A stretch of DNA of 58,487 nt from a bacterium (GCA_030018505.1 JASEHO010000001.1:1-58487), one strand, 5' to 3'; shown: positions 8,379 through 17,795, counted from the first letter of the stretch. Numbers and translations are program-made. Notes: generated by a model not told the origin, from the sequence alone.

Positions 8379-11045
8379 ATGGAAAAGGCTTATGAACCAA
8401 AGGATATAGAGGCTAAATGGTATTCTTTCTGGGAAAAGGAGGGATATTTTGTCGCTGATAACCAGAGGGAGAGACCATACTCCATCGTTATTCCTCCACC
8501 AAATGTTACTGGCTCGCTTCACATAGGCCATGCCTTGAACAATACTATTCAAGATATTCTCATCAGATGGCGCAGGATGCAGGGATACAGTGTCCTCTGG
8601 GTTCCTGGCACAGACCACGCTGGCATAGCCACCCAGAATGTCGTGGAAAAAGAGCTTCTAAAGAAAAGCAAAACCCGTGAATCTCTGCAGAGAGAAGCCT
8701 TTGTGGAAATGGTCTGGCAGTGGAAGGAGGAGTATGGAGGAAAGATAATTGAGCAACTAAAGAGGCTTGGTTGTTCCTGTGATTGGTCAAAACTGCGGTT
8801 CACAATGGATGAGGGCTTATCAAGGGCAGTGAGGGAGGTCTTTGTCAGGCTTTATAAAGAGGGACTTATCTATCAAGGGGATTATATCATTAACTGGTGT
8901 CCAAGGTGCAAGACCGCCATCAGTGATATTGAGACAGATTATAGGCAAGAGACAGGCTACCTCTATCACCTCAAGTATCCAATCAAAGATTCAACTAAAT
9001 TTATTCTTGTAGCCACAACAAGACCCGAGACAATGCTTGGAGATACAGCCGTTGCTGTCAATCCAGAGGATGCGCGGTATAAAAACCTTATTGGAAAGGT
9101 AGCTATCTTGCCTATTCTTGGTAGGGAGATTCCTATCATTACCGATAGGTTTGTTGACCTTGAGTTTGGAACAGGCGCGGTAAAAGTGACGCCAGCCCAT
9201 GACGCAAATGACTTTGAGATTGGCAAAAGGCACTCTCTTCAATCCATCAATATCCTGAATCCTGATGCGACTATGAACGAAAATGCAGGTCATTACTCTG
9301 GGCTGGATAGATTTGCAGCCAGGGATCAGTTAGTAGAAGAGCTAAAAAATAAAGGGCTTGTGGAGAAGATAGAGGACTATCTCTATAACATAACCCGTTG
9401 CTATAGATGTCATACCATAATTGAGCCATACCTATCAAAGCAGTGGTTTGTAAAGATGAAACCCTTAGCAGAGCCAGCCATAGAGGCGGTAAAATTGGGC
9501 AGATGTCAATTTGTGCCAAAGTCCTGGGAGAAGACCTACTTTGAATGGATGGAGAATATCAAGGACTGGTGTATCTCCCGTCAGATATGGTGGGGGCACA
9601 GGATTCCTGTCTGGTATTGTAAGGATTGTGGAGAAAAGATTGTGGAGGTAAAAGACCCTGATAGGTGTTCCTGTGGTTCTTCCAGCATCTATCAGGATGA
9701 GGATGTCTTAGACACCTGGTTTTCTTCAAGCCTCTGGCCATTCTCAACAATGGGCTGGCCAGAAGAGACAGAAGACCTAAAGAAGTTCTATCCAACCTCT
9801 GTCCTCTCTACAGGGTTTGACATCATCTTCTTCTGGGTGGCAAGAATGATGATGATGGGTCTTAAGTTCAGGCAAGATGTGCCATTCCATCAAGTCTATA
9901 TCCATGGGCTTATCCGTTCGGAAGATGGGGCAAAGATGAGCAAGTCCTCTGGAAATATTATAGACCCTCTAATCATCATTGAAAAGTATGGTTGTGATAG
10001 CTTAAGGTTTACCCTGGCAGTCCTGTCAGGCTTGGGCAGGGATGTCATCCTCTCTGAGGAAAGGATAGAGGGCTACAGACACTTTATGAATAAGCTCTGG
10101 AATGCAGAGAGGTTTATCCTGATGAACCTTGAGGATTATGATGGAAAGGAGTATGAGCCAAAGACCCTTGGCCAGAGATGGATTGCCTCTTGTCTATCAA
10201 AGACGATAAAAGAACTTACTAACCATTTAGAGGAATTCTCCTTTAATTTAGCTACAGGTTGCACATATGAGTTTGTCTGGCACAAATACTGCGACTGGTA
10301 TTTAGAGATAGCTAAACTTGAATTGGCTGACCCGACTGAGAGAAAGAGGACACAGCATCTTTTGGTCAAGAGTTTGGATATGATTTTGAGGCTTCTTCAT
10401 CCCTTCATTCCATTCATTACTGAAGAGTTGTGGCAGAAACTTCCCAATAATTCTGGGTCTATTATGACTAAGGATTGGCCCATTGCGTTCTTCCCTGCGG
10501 ATACTAAGGCTGATGAAGAGATGGAGCTTATTCAGTCTATCATTGGTGGAATAAGGAATATTCGCTCAACATTTAAGATTCCGCCAAAGGAGAAATTAGA
10601 GGTTATGGTGAAATCAGATTCTGCTGCTCTCAAAAACTATGCCGAGTATATTATGGCTTTAGCAGGCCTTGCGACGATAACCATTAATCCGGAGACAAAA
10701 AGACCTCCTCAATCTGTTGTTTCTGTCTCCTCTGGGATAGAGGTTTATGTTCTGCTTTCTGGCTTGATAGATATTGATGAGGAGAAAAAAAGGATTACCA
10801 AAAGGCTATCTGAGGTAGAAGAGAAGCTGGAAAAGACAAAGAAGAAGATTGAAAACAGCGATTTCATCCAAAAAGCACCTCAAGAGGTGATAGAAAAGGA
10901 AAGAAAAAAGGAAGAAGATCTGATTGCAGAAAAAGAAAAGCTCATAGGCTTAACAGAGATGCTTATCTGGGAAAGGGAGAAAGGGGACGCAACCTTTTTA
11001 GAAAGGCCAAAAACTTTAATCAAATTATCAGAGCCAGGGCACTAG
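8379..11045 (+). CDS. valS: Valine--tRNA ligase
   Basis: PPPNVTGSLHIGHALN (HIGH motif), KMSKSSGN (KMSKS motif), and a C-terminal coiled coil. 888 aa. Confidence 0.95.
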   Translation: MEKAYEPKDIEAKWYSFWEKEGYFVADNQRERPYSIVIPPPNVTGSLHIGHALNNTIQDILIRWRRMQGYSVLWVPGTDHAGIATQNVVEKELLKKSKTRESLQREAFVEMVWQWKEEYGGKIIEQLKRLGCSCDWSKLRFTMDEGLSRAVREVFVRLYKEGLIYQGDYIINWCPRCKTAISDIETDYRQETGYLYHLKYPIKDSTKFILVATTRPETMLGDTAVAVNPEDARYKNLIGKVAILPILGREIPIITDRFVDLEFGTGAVKVTPAHDANDFEIGKRHSLQSINILNPDATMNENAGHYSGLDRFAARDQLVEELKNKGLVEKIEDYLYNITRCYRCHTIIEPYLSKQWFVKMKPLAEPAIEAVKLGRCQFVPKSWEKTYFEWMENIKDWCISRQIWWGHRIPVWYCKDCGEKIVEVKDPDRCSCGSSSIYQDEDVLDTWFSSSLWPFSTMGWPEETEDLKKFYPTSVLSTGFDIIFFWVARMMMMGLKFRQDVPFHQVYIHGLIRSEDGAKMSKSSGNIIDPLIIIEKYGCDSLRFTLAVLSGLGRDVILSEERIEGYRHFMNKLWNAERFILMNLEDYDGKEYEPKTLGQRWIASCLSKTIKELTNHLEEFSFNLATGCTYEFVWHKYCDWYLEIAKLELADPTERKRTQHLLVKSLDMILRLLHPFIPFITEELWQKLPNNSGSIMTKDWPIAFFPADTKADEEMELIQSIIGGIRNIRSTFKIPPKEKLEVMVKSDSAALKNYAEYIMALAGLATITINPETKRPPQSVVSVSSGIEVYVLLSGLIDIDEEKKRITKRLSEVEEKLEKTKKKIENSDFIQKAPQEVIEKERKKEEDLIAEKEKLIGLTEMLIWEREKGDATFLERPKTLIKLSEPGH

Positions 11046-11240
11046 AGGTATTACAAGTCAAAACAGATTTTGATTGCATTAAAAGAGAATTGAATGTAAA
11101 CTTATATCGTTTGGGCAGATAATAGTTCCTCTAAGGAAGAGAATTGGAGGAATAAATTGAGGCTTCTGGACTAATTATAGTAAGATTCTAAAATCATCCA
11201 GGAAGCTCCAAAAAGTTTAGTTTATAGTGCAAAAGTTTTA

Positions 11241-11312
11241 GGGGATGTGGCTCAATGGGAGAGCGCCTGCTTTGCACGCAGGAGGTTGGCGGTTCGACTC
11301 CGCTCATCTCCA
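11241..11312 (+). tRNA. tRNA-Ala (anticodon TGC)
   Basis: Cloverleaf folded by hand: acceptor GGGGATG/CATCTCC with G3:U70, anticodon loop TTTGCAC, T-loop GGTTCGACTCC. No encoded CCA. Confidence 0.9.
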
Positions 11313-11413
11313 TAAAATTATTGAAAAACTGTCTTAAAGGTTTTATCCCATATCTAACGAGGTTACAGTCTGAGAGTCAGCGGAATTTATCAAGCGGTTT
11401 TAAGACCAAAAGA

Positions 11414-13489
11414 TTACTTCATCTCTATTCCCTTATCTATCCCTATAATCTCCCACTCCGCTTCGGAAATGGTCACCTTATCTCCTACTCTTTTTGTAAA
11501 CAGGCTACAACCAATAGCCGTAAGATATGAAATAATCCCTTTGTCCGGGTCAGATTCCCAGGGGCCTAAAAGAGTATATTCCTTAATTACTCCTTCATTA
11601 AGAGATTTGAGTTTTACCTTTGTCCCTATATTCACCCTCTCTGTGGTAATATCCTCGGGACGAATCACCTTGATTTGAGCCAATTGTGCCCTTAATTTCA
11701 CTAATTTAGCATAAAGAAGCTTCTGCTGTTCCTTTGCCGATTTATATTCAAAGTTTTCTCGCAGATCACCATAGCTTCGTGCATGAGCTATCTCCTTAAT
11801 ATTTGCTGGAATTTGTGTTTCCATAATATGTGTCAGTTCCTGTCGCCTGGCATCTATATTTTCTTGAATTGCATAAAAGTGAATATGCTTATTCTCTTCT
11901 TTTTTAGGTCTGTTTCTTCTAAGTTCTTTTGTAGTCAAAGCCCGTATCTTATTCCTTTCAGTTGGCTTCAAACTACCACTTTGTAGTAAGGTCTCACAAA
12001 ATATATTGAGTTGCGTGGGGCTTAAATGGGTTCTTAATAGATTATCTTCTAATAAAAATGCCTTTATCTGATCTCGCAAGACCCTTGTTTCATTCTTCTC
12101 CAAAAGCTTAAGCAATGTTGACAAAAGCTCATATTCACTCAGATTAAGTTTTAGACCATTTCTAAAAGACTTTTTGCATACCAATAAAAATTTCTCTGGA
12201 TATTCTTGTGGCAACTGATAGAGTCTGGTGGTAATTACATCAAGTTTTTCTTGCTCTAATTCATCTATTATGGTCCCTAACAACCTTACGCCGGAGAGCG
12301 AAAAGAATAAAGATACATAGATTTCTGGCCAGATTTTTGCCAAAGCAGTTTTTATTATTTTGAGTGTCTGAAGTTGATATTTTGGTCTCTGTATTTTTGC
12401 GAGCAAATCAGGAAGATCTTCACAGGTTTTAATAATTGCCTCGCATTTTTCAGTAAAATCTTCATCTTTCATATCCTGAACGAATAGAAAAATCTCAATA
12501 GCGAGAGATGGGTTATTTGCCATTGATTGAGAGCCAAGCTCAAACAATGCCTCTAAAAACTGGCTTTTTACAGGAAATCCCTTTTCACAAGCCTCTTTGG
12601 CTAACTCCATTTTTTCCTGGGGCAAAGCCTTATCAAATCTTATGACAAGGTTATTTTCTGCTTCCTCTTGGTTGCACCATAGATAGGTTCTTGGATTTCC
12701 TCTAGAACTAACTCGTCCGTCCTTTGTCATTTCAAGGCTTATCTTATTCCACCAAGATAGCCATTCTTCTTCTGGGATAATACCCTGCAAGTACGACCTT
12801 ATCTTTTGCGGTGTTAATGGCTGGTTAATGCTTTTCAAGAGAAAAAGAATAAGTTCAATAGGAGCCATATTCTTCAGGCGGGTCATATCCGTCAGTTTTA
12901 CTACCAAAAAATGATTGGAATCTAATTTTGTCAATACCTCACAAGCTGCATCTATGCTCATTTCGTGTCTTTCCTTTTTCTCAAAATCAATCACCACCCT
13001 TTTCTTTTTTAATGGGTAGCAGTCTATTATTTTGCCAACGCCCCACTCAGGCCTATAAAAATATTGGCCGATATTAAAGTCCAGATAATGGTCAAATGTG
13101 GCTAAAATCTCAGCCAAGTCCTTCTTTTCCTTTATACCAGACGAAATAAGCTCTTCTTTTTGCGGATGGCCAGAAAGAAGCACTTGATAGCAATTAATAA
13201 GCTCTTGACGAAGATCAGTATCTTGCAGGTTAAAGAAAGCCGCTTTCTTGAGTATCTCTAAGACCTTATGAAAATCATTCTTCTTCTTAAAATGCTCAGT
13301 TAAGAAAAGGAGCAGGGTAGCCGCCCGTTCTTTTTCCTTATGTTTGCCTAACCAATCAGCTATAGAATAAAAAAGGACTAAATCCTCTGGCAATAATTCC
13401 ATTAGATTCAACCAGATATCTTCTATCTGTTCATACTCTTTGAGCTCCATTGCCTGTTTAAGTTTTTCTTTTAATTCTTGTATATTCAT
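11414..13489 (-). CDS. GreA/GreB-family transcript cleavage factor with a ~540-aa N-terminal extension
   Basis: The C-terminal ~150 aa include SYGDLRENFEYKSAKEQQ (acidic finger tip) and a GreA C-domain (VNIGTKVKL...YTLLGPWESDP...ISYLTAIGCSLFTKRVGDKV). The N-terminus is helical-repeat-like plus a CarD-like segment. Confidence 0.7.
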   Translation of the reverse strand: MNIQELKEKLKQAMELKEYEQIEDIWLNLMELLPEDLVLFYSIADWLGKHKEKERAATLLLFLTEHFKKKNDFHKVLEILKKAAFFNLQDTDLRQELINCYQVLLSGHPQKEELISSGIKEKKDLAEILATFDHYLDFNIGQYFYRPEWGVGKIIDCYPLKKKRVVIDFEKKERHEMSIDAACEVLTKLDSNHFLVVKLTDMTRLKNMAPIELILFLLKSINQPLTPQKIRSYLQGIIPEEEWLSWWNKISLEMTKDGRVSSRGNPRTYLWCNQEEAENNLVIRFDKALPQEKMELAKEACEKGFPVKSQFLEALFELGSQSMANNPSLAIEIFLFVQDMKDEDFTEKCEAIIKTCEDLPDLLAKIQRPKYQLQTLKIIKTALAKIWPEIYVSLFFSLSGVRLLGTIIDELEQEKLDVITTRLYQLPQEYPEKFLLVCKKSFRNGLKLNLSEYELLSTLLKLLEKNETRVLRDQIKAFLLEDNLLRTHLSPTQLNIFCETLLQSGSLKPTERNKIRALTTKELRRNRPKKEENKHIHFYAIQENIDARRQELTHIMETQIPANIKEIAHARSYGDLRENFEYKSAKEQQKLLYAKLVKLRAQLAQIKVIRPEDITTERVNIGTKVKLKSLNEGVIKEYTLLGPWESDPDKGIISYLTAIGCSLFTKRVGDKVTISEAEWEIIGIDKGIEMK

Positions 13490-13490
13490 T

Positions 13491-14453
13491 TTATCTCCTT
13501 AATTGATATTTAGATGTAGCCTGATGATGCTCTTCTAATGTGCGGGAAAACTTGTGCCTGCCATTGTTCATTGAGACAAAGTAGAGGTAATCGGAAGATG
13601 CAGGATATAGGGCGGCTTTGATGGAAGCAAGGCCTGGGTTGGCAATAGGTGTTGGAGGAAGCCCTCTGTATTTATAGGTGTTGTAAGGAGAGGCAATCTC
13701 TAAGTCTTGTTTCTTTAGATTGCCGTCAAAATCAGGCAACAAGGCATAGATTACAGTTGGACAGCTACAAAGGGGGATTCCAGCCTTTAAGCGATTATGA
13801 AAACAAGCAGAGATAAGGTGCTTCTCCTCTGTCTGGCCCGTCTCCTTTTCAATGATAGAGGCTAAGGTGAGTAATTGAGAGATAGAAAGAGTTGTTTGTT
13901 CTTGGGGAAGCGATTTATTTAGCTCAGAGACCATCATTTTAATTATCTCCTCGCAAGACGCACCCTTACTGATACAGTATGTTTCAGGGAATAGATAACC
14001 TTCTGCACTCTCTGCTTGGATACCTAAACTTTCAAGAAACCCTTTGTCTTTGACAAGAAAAAGAAACCTTTCTTTGTGAATAAAGCCTTTGGCTGATAAA
14101 AGATCTGCTATCTGAAAAAGATTATATCCTTCAGGAATAGTAAAGCAGGATTTTTCGCTTTCGCCCTTCTCCAAAATCTTGAGAATCTGGGCTGCGTTCA
14201 TTGAAGGAGAGAGCAGATACTCTCCTGCCTGAATCTTACGAGTAGCACCTTTTACATCAGCCAATAGCTCAAAGGAGAGCCCATCACGAATTAAACCTTC
14301 ATCTTTTAGTATTCTGGTAATCTCTATCAGAGCCATACCCTTCTTAATATCAACCCTCTTATTGGTAGTAGAAGACCTATCAACTGGAATATAGAGTTGA
14401 TACAAAACTAAAAGAGGCAAGACCAGAATGATAATCATTAATATTTTTTTCAT
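13491..14453 (-). CDS. mltG: Endolytic murein transglycosylase MltG (YceG family)
   Basis: N-terminal TM, then ...ASPYNTYKYRGLPPTPIANPG...YLYFVSMNNGRHKFSRTLEEH. The ATG at 14453 overlaps the upstream stop as ATGA. Confidence 0.85.
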   Translation of the reverse strand: MKKILMIIILVLPLLVLYQLYIPVDRSSTTNKRVDIKKGMALIEITRILKDEGLIRDGLSFELLADVKGATRKIQAGEYLLSPSMNAAQILKILEKGESEKSCFTIPEGYNLFQIADLLSAKGFIHKERFLFLVKDKGFLESLGIQAESAEGYLFPETYCISKGASCEEIIKMMVSELNKSLPQEQTTLSISQLLTLASIIEKETGQTEEKHLISACFHNRLKAGIPLCSCPTVIYALLPDFDGNLKKQDLEIASPYNTYKYRGLPPTPIANPGLASIKAALYPASSDYLYFVSMNNGRHKFSRTLEEHHQATSKYQLRR

Positions 14454-15511
14454 AGCTTTTTTACCACACAGCCCGGGAAGTAGAAGGAGAGTATCTCCTG
14501 ATAACTTGCACCTTGGCTTGCCATTCCTTTTGCTCCCCACTGGCACATTCCAATGCCGTGTCCCCAGCCTTTTCCAATGAGCTTTATTCCATTCCAGGTC
14601 TCTTCTATCTCAAAGTAGGTTGATTTTATTAGATTAGAGCCAAACATATTTCTGAAATCATTGGCGAGTATAGCCTTTCTTCCACCTTCATAATGGACAA
14701 TTATCTCCTTTGGTCTTCCTTTCCCTGTCCTTTCTACCCTAAAAACCCTGGAAATGCCAATCTTTTCAGCAATATTAGCATAGCTCAGATTGTATTGCCA
14801 ATTATAATGAGGAGAGGCATAGCAATATGGACAGACCTTAGATTTGAAGTAGGGTAAGCTAGGTCCCCAGACATCCCTTATATCTGAAATAAGACCACCA
14901 CAGCAGGCATGGTAATAAACAGGCGCAAGCTCTTCATTATAGCAAAGAACCTCGCTGCTTGTAGCAGAGCAGGCAAGTATAGCCACTTTATCCTCTGCCT
15001 CCATGCCTCCATAGACCTGGCAATGGACATCAGAGCAAAGATCAAAGCCTTCGGCCTTATGTTTTTGGTTGACTAAGGCAAATGTTCTGGCAAGCACAGC
15101 CTGAGCTTTTATTGCTTCAATAGGCCAGTCTGTAGAGATCTCCCTTTTTATTATGCCTGGAAGATAATCTTCAAGGTCAACTATGCTTATGACTAATAGC
15201 CCGCCTCCCTGCCTTCTAATCTCAAAATAGCCTCTATACCTTCTGTTTCCAATCTTGATGTAGCTATCCTGAAGCGGATAGACAAAGACCGGTCCTAAAA
15301 ACTCACCATAAGAAGAGGTTAATATTCCACCTGCAGTTGCTTTAAGCTCAATAGGAGCAGAATACCTTCTGCCAATTAGACTCTCACAGTCATAAAGCTC
15401 AAAGTATCTTGTGCCTGAAATATTAACAATAGAGGTTTGGGTAATCTTTACCCTTAATTCAAAGGAAAAGCCGAGATTTGCCAGGAAGAGGAGAAAAAGG
15501 GCTTTTCTCAC
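14450..15511 (-). CDS. SpoIID/LytB domain protein
   Basis: AQAVLARTFAL, CSDVHCQVYGG, YHACCGG and GHGIGMCQWGA motifs. Confidence 0.85.
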   Translation of the reverse strand: MRKALFLLFLANLGFSFELRVKITQTSIVNISGTRYFELYDCESLIGRRYSAPIELKATAGGILTSSYGEFLGPVFVYPLQDSYIKIGNRRYRGYFEIRRQGGGLLVISIVDLEDYLPGIIKREISTDWPIEAIKAQAVLARTFALVNQKHKAEGFDLCSDVHCQVYGGMEAEDKVAILACSATSSEVLCYNEELAPVYYHACCGGLISDIRDVWGPSLPYFKSKVCPYCYASPHYNWQYNLSYANIAEKIGISRVFRVERTGKGRPKEIIVHYEGGRKAILANDFRNMFGSNLIKSTYFEIEETWNGIKLIGKGWGHGIGMCQWGAKGMASQGASYQEILSFYFPGCVVKKL

Positions 15512-15513
15512 CT

Positions 15514-16818
15514 TTAGCCCGAAGGAATATTAAACCTAAAAGGTTGACCAGGAGGAGATGTGGGCATTGGAGAAACAGAAGGTTGTGTTGGAGCGCCTGT
15601 GGGACTTGAGGGAGTAGGAGGTGGCATACCTGCGGGTCTTGGAGAAAGTGGTGGCATACCTGCGGGTCTTGGAGAAAGTGGTGGCATACCTGCTGCGGGT
15701 CTTGGAGGAAGCGTCGATGTTGGACCAAAAGATGGTTTAGCTGTTGCCCCTGAAGTAGAACCCAATGTGCCACTTCCACCAAAGGCAGATTTATCAATAG
15801 CTCGCATGGCTGCATCATCCTTGGAAATCTTTCCTTTCATGACTAATGTCTTCAGGCATTGGTCCATAGACTGCATCCCTTCTTTTGCACCTGTTTGGAT
15901 GATGGACGGCATCTGATGGGTCTTTCCCTCGCGGATAAGATTCTTTATGGCTGAATTTGCCACCATAATCTCACAGGCACAAGCCCTTCCACGACCATCT
16001 ACAGTGGGAATAAGGATTTGTGAGACAACACCAACTAAGGCTTCTCCAAGCTGGGTTCTTATCTGCTGTTGCTGGTGTGGTGGAAAGACATCCACAATTC
16101 TATCTACGGTCTGAGATGCAGAGTTTGTATGCAGGGTGCCAAAGACGACATGACCTGTTTCTGCAGCAGTCAGAGCCATTTGAATTGTCTCTAAATCCCG
16201 CATTTCACCAACAAGAATAATATCAGGGTCCTCACGAAGCGCAGAGCGTAAGGCTATAGCAAAGGAGTTTGTATGTGGTCCAACCTCCCTTTGATTGACC
16301 AGACAGCCCTTGTTTTCATGGACAAACTCTATAGGGTCTTCTATAGTTAAAATATGGTCTTTTTTCTCTTGATTGAGTAGGTCTATCATAGCCGCTAATG
16401 TGGTTGACTTTCCTGAGCCTGTAGGTCCGGTAACTAAGATAAGTCCCTTCTTTGCCCGGGCAAGGTTGTTTAAGACTGAAGGAAGCTCTAACTCTTCAAT
16501 TGTTTTTATCTTTGTAGGAATGATTCTAAAGGCAGCACTCTCACCCCTTCTCTGATAAAAGACATTCACCCTGAACCTTCCAACCTCAGATAATTCAACA
16601 GCAAAGTCTATCTCATGGTGCTCCTCAAGCTGTGCTTTTCTATCATCACTTAAGACATCATAGACCATTTGATGAACCCTATCTTTTTCATATATTTGGT
16701 CATCTACAGGGATAAGCTCACCGTGGATACGGAGCAATGGGTAGGCACCTGAAGAGAGGTGCAGGTCTGAAGCACCCTTTTCTTTACACATCAAAAGAAG
16801 GTCTGAAATATCATGCAT
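15514..16818 (-). CDS. pilT: Type IV pilus retraction ATPase PilT with a Pro-rich C-terminal extension
   Basis: Walker A LVTGPTGSGKSTTLAAM, GEMRDLETI, AETGHVVFGTLHT. About 89 extra C-terminal residues follow the usual PilT end. Confidence 0.9.
   Translation of the reverse strand: MHDISDLLLMCKEKGASDLHLSSGAYPLLRIHGELIPVDDQIYEKDRVHQMVYDVLSDDRKAQLEEHHEIDFAVELSEVGRFRVNVFYQRRGESAAFRIIPTKIKTIEELELPSVLNNLARAKKGLILVTGPTGSGKSTTLAAMIDLLNQEKKDHILTIEDPIEFVHENKGCLVNQREVGPHTNSFAIALRSALREDPDIILVGEMRDLETIQMALTAAETGHVVFGTLHTNSASQTVDRIVDVFPPHQQQQIRTQLGEALVGVVSQILIPTVDGRGRACACEIMVANSAIKNLIREGKTHQMPSIIQTGAKEGMQSMDQCLKTLVMKGKISKDDAAMRAIDKSAFGGSGTLGSTSGATAKPSFGPTSTLPPRPAAGMPPLSPRPAGMPPLSPRPAGMPPPTPSSPTGAPTQPSVSPMPTSPPGQPFRFNIPSG
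15621..15713. repeat. 30-nt tandem repeat (2 exact copies plus 1 variant) inside the pilT 3' end
   Basis: gtggcatacctgcgggtcttggagaaagtg occurs at 15621-15650 and 15651-15680. A third copy carries a 3-nt insertion. It encodes PRPAGMPPLS x3. Confidence 0.9.
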
Positions 16819-16949
16819 TTGAATTCACCTTACGGATTTTCGTGATAAAAAGATATTGAAGTTAGCTAACTTTTGCAGAGATTAGCAACAACTACTATTA
16901 TATCTAATTTGCCATATTTTGTCCATTATCATTTTACAAAAAAAATAAA

Positions 16950-16979
16950 TTGACCAAAAAGCAAAGAGACTGGTATAAT
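16950..16979 (+). promoter_or_regulatory. Sigma70-like promoter: TTGACC-N18-TATAAT, ending 7 nt before the rpsF ATG
   Basis: -35 at 16950-16955, -10 at 16974-16979, ATG at 16987. The gap ccacagt has no Shine-Dalgarno. Confidence 0.55.
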
Positions 16980-16986
16980 CCACAGT

Positions 16987-17385
16987 ATGAATTTCTATGA
17001 TCTATTGATTGTGTTTGATGTAGGGGAAAAGAAAAGGGAGAAGGTTCTCAAAGGGATTAAGTCTGCTATTTCTGAAAAGGGTGGAGCTATTGAAAAGATT
17101 GAGGAATGGGGAACAAGAAGATTAGCTTATCCCATCAAGAAGAAAAATGATGGTTTCTACCTTATTCTAAGATTTACAGCACCACCAGATGTTATAAAGC
17201 CAATCGAGGATATTCTCAGGAGAGAAGAAGAGGTTTTGAGATTTCTTACCACAGGAAGAAAAAAGGCGTGGTCTTCTGAAGAAGAAGCTCGCGAACCAAA
17301 AGAAGAAAAGATTATAGAAGAGGAGGAAAAAGATGAGGGGATACTCAAAGGCGATAATAATGGGGAATCTGACCAAGGATCCTGA
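16987..17385 (+). CDS. rpsF: 30S ribosomal protein S6
   Basis: MNFYDLLIVFD...WGTRRLAYPIKKKNDGFYLILRF, with an acidic C-terminal tail. Confidence 0.9.
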   Translation: MNFYDLLIVFDVGEKKREKVLKGIKSAISEKGGAIEKIEEWGTRRLAYPIKKKNDGFYLILRFTAPPDVIKPIEDILRREEEVLRFLTTGRKKAWSSEEEAREPKEEKIIEEEEKDEGILKGDNNGESDQGS

Positions 17386-17731
17386 TCTGAGATACATTCC
17401 TTCAGGATCAGCTGTTGCCCATTTTACGGTAGCAGTAAATCGGACATACAAGGACTCGCAAGGTGAGACAAAGGAAGAGACAAGTTTTCTTCCAGTTGTT
17501 GTCTGGGGAAAGCAGGCAGAGAACTGCAATCAGTATCTGAAGAAGGGAAGACCTGTCTTTGTTGAAGGAGATCTGAGGCAAAGGTCATGGGAGGATAAAG
17601 AGGGACAGAAAAGGTCTATTGTTGAGATACATGCCTTTACTGTTCAATTTCTTGGCGGAAGACCAGAAGGGACAGGTGGCGGCACAGCAGAAGAACCACC
17701 CCTACCATCAGAAGAGGATATTCCGTTTTAA
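17333..17731 (+). CDS. ssb: Single-stranded DNA-binding protein
   Basis: OB-fold signature NLTKDPDLRY...VAVNRTY...FLPVVVWGKQAE...VFVEGDLRQRSWEDKEG, and a C-terminal EEDIPF tip. Confidence 0.9.
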   Translation: MRGYSKAIIMGNLTKDPDLRYIPSGSAVAHFTVAVNRTYKDSQGETKEETSFLPVVVWGKQAENCNQYLKKGRPVFVEGDLRQRSWEDKEGQKRSIVEIHAFTVQFLGGRPEGTGGGTAEEPPLPSEEDIPF

Positions 17732-17795
17732 GATGAGCTTATGTAAGTTGGTCAAAACAAGCAGGCCATTCCAATAGTAGATAGTTGATAGTGAA

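Noticed and set aside
8345-8381. A leaderless-type promoter in front of valS
   Set aside because: Only weak boxes are present (TTAACA, then AAAAAT or AATATA) with ambiguous spacing, and a possible AGGA lies 11 nt upstream of the ATG. It is not clear enough to count with the other eight.
8319-8618. A 99-aa minus-strand ORF overlapping the valS start
   Set aside because: It is antisense to a very well supported valS N-terminus (HIGH region) and to repeat sequence. It is spurious.
11255-11530. A 91-aa plus-strand ORF
   Set aside because: It starts inside tRNA-Ala and overlaps the 3' end of the greA-like gene on the other strand. It is spurious.
15459-15916. ORFs of 119 aa (minus strand) and 118 aa (plus strand) over the pilT 3' region
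   Set aside because: These are alternative-frame or antisense readings of the GC-richer Pro-codon tandem repeat. The in-frame continuation of PilT explains the region.
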